A DNA stretch of 26,300 nucleotides from Nitrospirota bacterium (GTDB lineage: Bacteria; Nitrospirota; UBA9217), in contig JAOUEV010000048.1 of the NCBI GenBank assembly GCA_029858565.1, forward strand, positions 1 to 26,300. Direction: 5' to 3'. A program made the translations under genes and the position numbers. Shown piece after piece: positions 8,166 through 16,500 of the stretch (its first letter is position 1; each line of letters begins with the position of its first letter). The notes beneath the pieces were generated by a model. That model was given only the letters and a program-made list of their open reading frames with translations. It was not told the DNA's origin and ran no database searches.

Positions 8166-8800
8166 AGGGAACGCTCCCGAATGGCTGTCTTCTTCAGTGC
8201 TTCCCGCGCTTCCACTGAATCGATCCTGCGCAAGGCAATCTTCGCTGTTTCAGCCAACGATGATCGAGCCTGCGTCAAGGACAAGGCAGAGGCCAGCAGT
8301 CCCACCGATGCCGTGTCGCGCAACTCTCCCAGCAGTCCCGCGGCGCTCTCGGCTCGGACACACCTGTTCGGTTCCGGATGCTGCCGCAGCCCTGCGGCAA
8401 GCGTGCCGGTCCCTTTCCATACCATCCGCAGCTGCAGGACCACAACAGCCGCCCAATAGGCCAAGAGCACGGTGTAGCCCGTAGCCACGATGATGAAGAA
8501 CACACCAGGCATTTCCAGGACCGTTCTTCCCGGCTTGCCCGGCGGTCCGATCCGCGCGAACCGTCCGGCCAGACACCAGAGAACGAAGACCACGGTCCAT
8601 GCAAGGAAAAGCGACGCCCAGGTCCGGAGAAACGGAAATATCTCCTGGAACAGTCCGAACATGCAGGCGCTGCAGGCCTGCGCGTCTTTCGGAGCAGTCA
8701 TTCCGGCATCAGCAGTAACAACGTACTCCCCGCGATACGGACGAATAGGGACGGGGAAATATCGCTTTTCATGATTTGCGATCTTTTTCAGTACCGGCAC
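8162..8800 (-). CDS. Membrane protein with C-terminal HEAT/PBS-lyase-like repeats; 5' end probably frameshifted
   Basis: Two TM segments, then VRAESAAGLLGELRD...AKIALRRI. A signal-peptide-like start (ATG 8772, MKSDISPSLFVRIAGSTLLLLMP) is out of frame with AQACSACMF. Confidence 0.55.
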   Translation of the reverse strand: MPVLKKIANHEKRYFPVPIRPYRGEYVVTADAGMTAPKDAQACSACMFGLFQEIFPFLRTWASLFLAWTVVFVLWCLAGRFARIGPPGKPGRTVLEMPGVFFIIVATGYTVLLAYWAAVVVLQLRMVWKGTGTLAAGLRQHPEPNRCVRAESAAGLLGELRDTASVGLLASALSLTQARSSLAETAKIALRRIDSVEAREALKKTAIRERSL

Positions 8801-8939
8801 TCGACCTGCATGTGACGCGACAGGAGCGTCCCGGTGTTCTTTTCCGCAACGGTCATGCCCTCGGGAACGGATGCGGCCCCGCAGACCCAGGCGAAAGGAA
8901 AGAAAAGATGAATTTGAGCGCTCTTGCGACCGCGGTACG

Positions 8940-8969
8940 ATTATAGTATGGATTTCTCACGAGTGTCAA
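8940..8969 (-). promoter_or_regulatory. Perfect-consensus sigma70 promoter
   Basis: Minus strand TTGACA (8969-8964), 18-nt spacer, TATAAT (8945-8940), pointing into the 8800-to-1633 gene run. Confidence 0.8.
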
Positions 8970-8986
8970 CCATCAGAATGGGGGTA

Positions 8987-9455
8987 TTACATGGCGCGGT
9001 GCTCGCGATCCCGTTTAGCCGGACCGCCGACTCTTCCGAGGGTGAACTCTACGTGCCGGTAATATCCCTTGATATCATAAATAATCGTGAGCGGCAGATC
9101 ATAGGTGGAAGAGGAGAACCTCATTCCCTCCCAGACGAGCAGATCAGGCTGCGCATCTCCGTTTTCGGCGAGTAGCTAAATTTCTTGCCGCCTTTTTTAA
9201 AGCGTGCGATATACTGGTCCAGGGCCGCGGCATTATCAAGCACCTCTGCCTCCAGCGAAACCAGCAGATCGCGGGCATTGAGATCGGCCTTCGTCAGCTC
9301 GAACAACACTGCCTTCTCGAATGCGGCGTTCGCCGCGAGAAAAACGCCCATGACCGTCGCAAGAATAACGAATACCTGGCCAACCCAGTAGGCAGGATTC
9401 AGCAGATCGCTCCTCTTGCTTCCCTCCGAAACATCTTTTTTTCCTGACCGCTCAT
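8987..9455 (-). pseudogene. Membrane-anchored hypothetical protein broken by two frameshifts
   Basis: ATG 9455 after a G-rich SD: MSGQEKK / (shift at the A7 run, 9436-9442) DVSEGSKRSDLLNPAYWVGQVFVILATVMGVFLAA... / (shift near 9145-9170) PDLLVWEGMRFSSSTYDLPLTIIYDIKGYYRHVE...AM*. Confidence 0.65.
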
Positions 9456-9578
9456 GGTATCCCCCCCCAGCTACAGTTTTATGTTCGCGTATGCTTCGGC
9501 TCGTCTTCCCTGAGAGTGGGCATTATGAATCAGCAGGAAGCCTGTCGAGAAGACTCATTTTTCATGATGATGAGGGCG

Positions 9579-9608
9579 AGCGTAGCAATAAACAATCGTT
9601 TTTGTCAA
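9579..9608 (-). promoter_or_regulatory. Putative sigma70 promoter for the 9455 gene
   Basis: TTGACA (9608-9603), 18-nt spacer, extended -10 TGcTACGCT (TACGCT at 9584-9579). Confidence 0.45.
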
Positions 9609-9676
9609 TCTGAAAGAACGAGCAATTAATCCGGATAATCAACCAGATATGAGCAGGTCATCCGTTTCAATACCGC

Positions 9677-9699
9677 AAAAAACAGGATTTTTCATCCTG
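9677..9699 (-). terminator. Putative intrinsic terminator for the large-protein/lipoprotein transcript
   Basis: Minus strand CAGGAT-gaaaa-ATCCTG stem-loop followed by T6. Confidence 0.45.
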
Positions 9700-9715
9700 C
9701 CTTCTGCTGTATTTT

Positions 9716-9884
9716 ATCCTAAAAACGGCAGTTGAAAACACAGATTAACACAGATGAAAAGCAAATTCGGACACTTACCTCGCTTAAGACATTCACCAAA
9801 AGGGTGAATCCTGTTTTCATTTGAAGGTCTTGCATTATCCGTATTTATCAGTGTTCATCTGTGGTTAACTGCTTTTTCCAGGTT
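9716..9884. repeat. About 170-bp imperfect inverted-repeat element (REP/MITE-like) built from 10-bp ACACAGAT units
   Basis: Left arm ATCCTAAAAACGGCAGTTGAAAACACAGATTAACACAGATGAA; right arm reverse complement AACCTGGAAAAAGCAGTTAACCACAGATGAACACTGATAAATACGGAT; internal hairpin ATTCACC-aaaag-GGTGAAT. Confidence 0.75.
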
Positions 9885-9933
9885 TATCTGCTGGTCGTTC
9901 GTGATTCGGAACCGTCGGTAGCTGTTCTGCCTT

Positions 9934-10467
9934 CTACTGCAGCTCCACGGTCATGCCCGGCGTGAGCGACGAGGTTATCGTGGTGGTGCTGTTTGTCGAG
10001 ACAATGATGCCGACGGCCTGGAACGATTCTGCTAAGACTGTGAAATCAGCGTCAGCTGGGCTCGTTCCGTTCAGGATGCAATTCACCGTGGCGAACTCGC
10101 CGGTCCCGAAGCCGCCGGCGGACGAGCTCGTAATCATGACCCGTACCGTGGCAGGGATCGTTGTTGTAGCCGCGGTGTACGTCCCGAAGGCTATGGCGCC
10201 GGTTGCCGTTCCGCTGGCGGTCACCACGCCGGAATCCGTCACCTGGTTCGTTGCCGCCACGGTCACGCCTGCAGGAAGCGCGAGCGTGATATCTATTGCG
10301 CCGATGCCGTCCACGCCCGCAGGCAGGGTGCCGGACGTTGCCAGGGTGACAATCGCGGTGGTCGGCGCTGTGTTGCCGCCGCCGCCGCCGCCCCCTCCAC
10401 CCCCGCCGCAAGCAGCAGCCATCGTGAGTGACATCACACATATCAGCAACATGCGCATTCTATTCAT
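9934..10467 (-). CDS. Lipoprotein with poly-Gly linker and a beta-rich, possibly cohesin-like domain
   Basis: Lipobox-like AAAC (Cys20), Gly11, then alternating beta pattern (IGAIDITLALPAGVTV...VRVMI...GFGTGEFATVNC); GGAGG SD. The cohesin assignment is inference. Confidence 0.8.
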   Translation of the reverse strand: MNRMRMLLICVMSLTMAAACGGGGGGGGGGGNTAPTTAIVTLATSGTLPAGVDGIGAIDITLALPAGVTVAATNQVTDSGVVTASGTATGAIAFGTYTAATTTIPATVRVMITSSSAGGFGTGEFATVNCILNGTSPADADFTVLAESFQAVGIIVSTNSTTTITSSLTPGMTVELQ

Positions 10468-10569
10468 TGATAACCTCCGAAGACCTCTTTCCGGCCGATC
10501 CGCGCTTTGAAGAACTGCTGGAACGTGCCGGGTTTCTGTTGGTTTTATCAGTCTTGACTCCGCACTCCC

Positions 10570-13500
10570 CTACCACAGTCCCACGGCCTTGCGCAGGATC
10601 ACGAGCACGTCGCTGATGTCGATCCTGCCGTCCGGCGACGGCTGACCATTCACGAGCGGCGCCACGTCGGCACGAAGCATCTCCACGACGGTAGCGGTAT
10701 CAAGGCCTGCAACCACCCTCAGGATCTTCAGGGCGTCTCCTACCGAGACCGTGCCGTCAGCATCCAGATCGCCGAGCCGGGCATAGATGATGTTCCGGAC
10801 CACGGTGCTGCTGTTGCCGGCCTCGTCCGTGGCAGTGACCGTTATGGCGTAGATCCCCTCCGCGGGGAAGGTGACCTCCTGGGTAAAGCTTCCGGATGCG
10901 ATTGCCGGCGTGTAGGTCGACGTGCCGTCGGTGATCACGACCATTGCCGTGGTGAGGCTGTCGGTCACGGTGCCGCTGATCGTGACGGTCGCGGAGGTGA
11001 CGATTCTGTCCTGATCAGGCATAGTGACTGCCAGGCCGGGCGCAATGCTGTCATAGGTGACCGTACGCTTGAGCGTGTTCGTGTTGCCCGCAAGGTCAGT
11101 TGCCGTGATATCGATGGTGTTGATGCCGGAAACAAGGTTCACCGTGACGGTGAAGCTGTTCCCGGCCATGGATGCCAGTTGCGGGCTGTCGCTGTTCAGC
11201 ACTACCGAGACCGAGGCGTTCTCATCCACCGTGCCGGTGATGGTCGAGACCAGTTGGTTCGTGATGCTGTTGTCAGCAGGCATCGTGATCACCAGGCCCG
11301 GCGCTGCCTGGTCCAAGATGATCGTGCGGCTGTCGGTTGTGGTATTTCCGGCAAGATCGGTCGCAACGGATATGATCGTGTTGTTGCCGGTCACGAGCGT
11401 CACCACATGGCTGAAGCTGCTGTCCCCCTGGACCGTGACCGTCTGGCCGCTGATCACGAGGCTCTCGACCCCACTGCTGTCCGTCACCGTGCCGAAGATG
11501 TTCAGCGTCTGGTTGTTCGTTGTCGCGCCGTCGGAAAGGGTGGAGAGAGAGAGACCGGGTGCTGCCGTGTCCACAGTCCAGGTCGCGGTCGTGGACGCTG
11601 CCTGAGACTGCCAATTCCCGGCGCTGTCCTTTCCGATGACCGAGACCGCATGGCTGCCGTCAGACAATCCTGTAAGAGCTATTGCCGTGGCAACCGGGAT
11701 CTCGGCTGAGTAGCTTCCGCTGTCCAGCTTATACTGGTATGCGGTTACATCGGTCCCGCCGACCGTGAGCGTAGCGCTCGTCTGGTTTGTATCGCTTCCC
11801 GGAGCCCCGGTGATCGTTGCAGTCGGTGCGATGGTGTCGATCGACCAGGCATAGGTCGCCGGCGTGTTGTCCGTATTTCCTGCCTGGTCTGTCGCCTTAA
11901 CCTGGAAGGTATGGCCGCCTTCGGCAAGGATCGAGTACGTTGCCGGGCTGCTGCAGTTTATGAATGAGCCGGAATCGATGCTGCAGACAAAGGTCGACCC
12001 TGTTTCATCGGCGCTGAAGTTGAATAGTGCAGATACCGTGTTCGACAGAACTGCCGGGCTGCTGGTGATCGTAGTATCCGGAGCAGCAGTATCGAGCACG
12101 ATCTCCGCCGACGCGGTTGCGCTGTTCCCGGCAAGGTCGGCTGCCGTGGCAGTGATACTGTTCGTTCCTTCGCTCAGGCCGGTGATCTCGACGGTCCAAG
12201 AGGTCGCCGTGGGATAGGACACTGGAGCAACGGTCGCAGTTGAACATTCGACCGATACCGTTGCCCCTTCTTCCATGGTTCCGCTTGCGGTCTGGCCGGT
12301 TGCATTCGTGGGCGAGGAGACCGGACTGATCGTGACCGCTGGCGCGATGGTGTCGTAAATGATGTTCCGTACCGCTGTGGCGGCGTTGTCCGCCTGGTCG
12401 GTTGCCGTGGCGGTGACCGTATTCTGGCCCACGGACAGATTGGTTATGTCAACCTGCCACGTTGTTGCCGTGGGATAGCTCACCGCTTTAACAGACGCCG
12501 TGGGGCAGGTTACGACCACCGTGACGCCGCTGCTGTCGTCCATGGTGCCACCCACAATGATAGCTGCCTGGTTGGTGCTCGTATCCTGGCCGGGCGAGGT
12601 GATCGCAAGCGACGGGCTGATATTGTCAAAGGTGACCGTCCGCTTGGCAGTCGAGGTGTTCCCTGCCAGGTCCGTTGCCGTGACATCGATGGTGTTGATG
12701 CCGGAAACAAGGTTCACCGTGGCGGTGAAGCTGTTCCCGGCCATGGACGCCAGTTGCGGGCTGTCGCTGTTCAGCACTACCGAGACCGAGGCGTTCTCAT
12801 CCACCGTGCCGGTGATGGTCGAGACGAGCTGGTTCGTGATGCTGTTGTCAGCAGGCATCGTGATCACCAGGCCCGGCGCTGCCTGGTCCAGGGTGATCGT
12901 GCGGCTATCGGTTGTGGTATTTCCGGCCAGGTCGGTCGCAACAGACGTAATCGTATTACTGCCGGTCACGAGCGTCACCACATGGCTGAAACTGTTGTCT
13001 CCCTGGACAGTGACCGTAGTTCCACTGACCACGAGGCTCTGGATCCCGCCGCTGTCCGTCACCGTGCCGTTGATGTTCAGCGTCTGGTTGTTCGTTGTCG
13101 CGCCGTCGGAAAGGGTTGAGACTACGAGCGTCGGCGGCGTTGTGTCATCCTGAGCAAAACTCGCACTGATCGTATGGTCCGTTGTCACTGTGGTGAATGT
13201 ATAAGCAGACACCACGCCGATTGACGATCCGTCAACCAGCACGTCAGCCACATGGTAGCCCGTATCCGGCGTGATCGTGAAGGCCTGATCTGCTCCATGA
13301 TTCACCAGCACCGAGCCTGAGGGTGTGACTCCTCCGCCGGAGCCGGCAGACGCGGTGATGGTGTAGGTGTTTATTGCAAAGGATGCCTCGACCGTGTGGT
13401 TTTCCGTAATATTCGAGATAGTGTAGGTTCCGTTCGAAACCAGACCGATCACACTGATGCTGTTATCTATCAGGCTTGCAAGGTGGTACCCGCTGTCTGG

Positions 13501-16500
13501 CACGATCGAACATCCCGGGCTTTCGCCGTAGTTTACCGTTGACGTGCAGGAGATGGTCCCGTTGCCGCCTGTTATGCCGCTCACGTTAAAGCTCTTGAGT
13601 GTAAATGTCGCGGTGCAGGACGTGGTGCCATCCATCGTCACTACGCCGTCGCTGCAGTCCGGATCTCCTGTCCAGCCGCTAAAGGCCATGCTCACATCTC
13701 CCGGCAGAGGCGTCAGGGTAACGACCGTGCCCTGCGCATAGACCTCGCTGCAGTCGCCGCCGCAGTCGATGCCCGCCGGGCTGCTCGTGACCGAGCCGAT
13801 ACCAGTGATGGAGACGCTGAGCTGGTGGGTGATCTGGACAAAGCTCGCCGATACTCCGCAGTCGGTCGTGAGGTTCGTAATGGTGTAAGTGTTGCCCGCG
13901 AGACTCCCGCCGCAACCCTCGACCGTGTCGATCAGGTAGCCGGGATAGGGCGTCACCGAGCAGCTCGCACTGCCGCCATCATTGACCATGGTCGGCGCGC
14001 ACTCGAGGAAGCCGTTCGGGCCCGCGGACGTCGTGATGCGGTGCATGCTGTTCAGCAGGATGCTGACGTTGTTACTGTTAAAGTTCGCTACGGCAAGGTC
14101 TACCTTCCCGTCGTTGTTGAGGTCGCCTGCCGCGACCGAACGCGGTCCTGTGCCCACCGGGTAGTTCACCGCTGTCTGGAACGTGCCGTCGCCATTCCCG
14201 GTCAGCACGGAGACCGTATTGCTGAAGCTGTTCGCCACGGCAAGGTCGATCGTCCCATCGCCGTTGAAGTCCCCGGTGACGACGGAATACGGTTCCGTCC
14301 CGGTCGGGTAGCTCACGGCGGAATGGAACATCCCGGGAACTGCTCCATTGTTGTTCAACAGGACCGATACGTCATCGCTATCGAAGTTCGCCACCACGAG
14401 ATCGGCATAACCGTCGCCGTTGAAATCACCCGTGGCGACAGCGTAGGGAGTCGTTCCAACTGAGACGATCGGTCCCCCTGGGAAGGTTCCATCTCCATTC
14501 CCATTCCCGAACAGGATAGAGACGTTATCACTGCCGCTGTTCGCGACGGCAAGGTCCGCCTTTCCATCGCCGTTGAAGTCGTTGGAAGTGACGGCAAGCG
14601 GCGCGGCCCCCACGTTATACGTATTTACCGTCTGGAACGTGGTGTCCCCGTTGCTGAGAAAAACAGCAACCCGGTTGTTGCCGCTGTCCGTCACGGCAAT
14701 GTCCGCATACCCGTCCCCGTTGAAATTACCGGATGCCACCGAAGACGCACGAGCAGAGCCGCTCCCTGCATTGAGGTTCTTGTTTGATGTGAAGTCGCCA
14801 TTGTTATTGAAACGCACGGTCACGGTATTGGTTCCGGAATTCGCCGCCGCGATGTCCAACTCCCCGTCCCCGTCGAAATCTCCAGTGGCCACAGAGCGGG
14901 GATTCGTACTGGCGGCATATGAGGAAGGCGGCAAGAATGTTCCAGTCCCATTGCTGAACAGGAGCGAGAAATCACTGCTGTTGTAATTCGCCGCAACAAG
15001 GTCCCAGCTGCCATCCGCGTCGAGGCTGCCGACGGCCACGGAGGAGGGCCCGCTGCCCGCGGCATAGGGCACGGCGGCGCTGAAGCTCCCCGCGCCCAGC
15101 GGTTCGTTGCTTCCTGCCGGCACCATGACGATATCGACCGTCGTAGTGGCGGGGGGGGTTACTGTCACGCCGGAGACCAGCTGGTTCGCATACATAGGAT
15201 CACCAAACACGGCCACACTGTAATCGCTCCTGGCCGTGAGGTCTCCGACAGTGTAACTTCCTGCTCCGTCGGTCGTCGTGCTTCCGATAACGCTGCCGTT
15301 GCCGTCAAGCACCTGCACAGAGCAACTAGAAATCGCCGAGCCGGTGGCCTGCGAGGTCACCGTACCGGAGATGGCGCCGAAGACACCCGTTCCGCTCAAA
15401 GGAATGTCAAAATCAGGAGTATCCGGGTCATCGGATGTGATTCGCAGGGTCGCGTTCTTGGCACCGGCCGATGTCGGCGCAAAGGTAGCAAGGATATTAC
15501 AGTTTGTTCCCGGAGTAAGTGTGAACGGCGCATTGGGACAGGGATTGGTCGAGCTGGGAAGAGTTCCGAACTCGCCAGCATTGGGGCCGATGACCGCTAT
15601 TGCGGATATGTGAAGATCCACGCCCCCTATATTGCTGACAACTCTCTCCATTGATATTGAATTGCCAACACCAACATCATCGAAATTAGCAGAGTTCGGT
15701 ATAACGTTAATGTCCATACATGCACCGATCTCGATGAAAATATACGCATATCCCGTACCGCCATCCGCATCTGTGACCGTTATCCAGAGCCCATCACGCC
15801 CGCAGTAATTCAACGGAGTATAGGTTACCAAGCCGTTTTCATCCACGGACGCTGTGCCATGCAATGGTGGGGCCAGTATGGCATAGCTAAACACCGTATC
15901 AAGAGGATCTGGATCGTTCGGAATCACCTGAGTTGTCGCGGAAGTATTGTATCTCATCTGGATCGGAGCCACCGATGGAACCGGTTCACGATTCACGCGG
16001 CGTGGGAACGGCTCGCGGACAAGACCCAATTGACCGAAATCGTTGCGCCCCCACGCCCAGACAGTGCCATCCGTCTTACGCGCGACCGTGTGATCGAAAC
16101 CTCCCGCAATCGCCGTCACATCCGAAAGATCGTTCACCTGCACAGGGGTGAACCTATCAACCAGCGTCCCGTCACCTAACTGGCCGTAGTAGTTCCTTCC
16201 CCAGGCCCAGACAGTGCCGTCAACCTTGAGTGCGACCGTGTGATAACCACCTGCCGCGATCGCTACAACATTGTTCAAGCCGCTCACCTGGACGGGCCTG
16301 GAACTATTTATGGTTCCCCCATCGCCCAACTGGCCATAGTAGTTCCCTCCCCAGGCCCAGACTGTACCGTCGCTCTTTACCGCCACCGTATGCTCGGCTC
16401 CGGCTGCAACGGCCACCACCGTTCCGGTTAGCCCGGTCACTTGGACCGGGGTCGTTTTACCAATGTTGGATCCGTCACCAAGCTGGCCAACTCCATTACT

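Noticed and set aside
2697-8459. Long plus-strand ORFs (2697..3674, 4383..5414, 5887..6708, 7065..8459 and similar ones elsewhere)
   Set aside because: Antisense shadows of well-supported minus-strand genes in GC-rich DNA, with no recognisable motifs.
144-8800. Integron cassette array
   Set aside because: Genes are co-oriented and diverse, but I found no RYYYAAC...GTTRRRY attC hairpins, several genes overlap or abut, and no integrase is present.
9436-9442. Programmed -1 frameshift at A_AAA_AAG
   Set aside because: The heptamer is in the right frame, but the gene needs a second frameshift near 9150, so decay or an indel is the simpler explanation.
9716-9884. CRISPR array
   Set aside because: The repeats are short inverted units without unique spacers, and there are no cas genes.
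10375-10409. GCC/GGC microsatellite as a phase-variation tract
   Set aside because: It encodes the poly-Gly linker with mixed codons, and triplet slippage would keep the frame.
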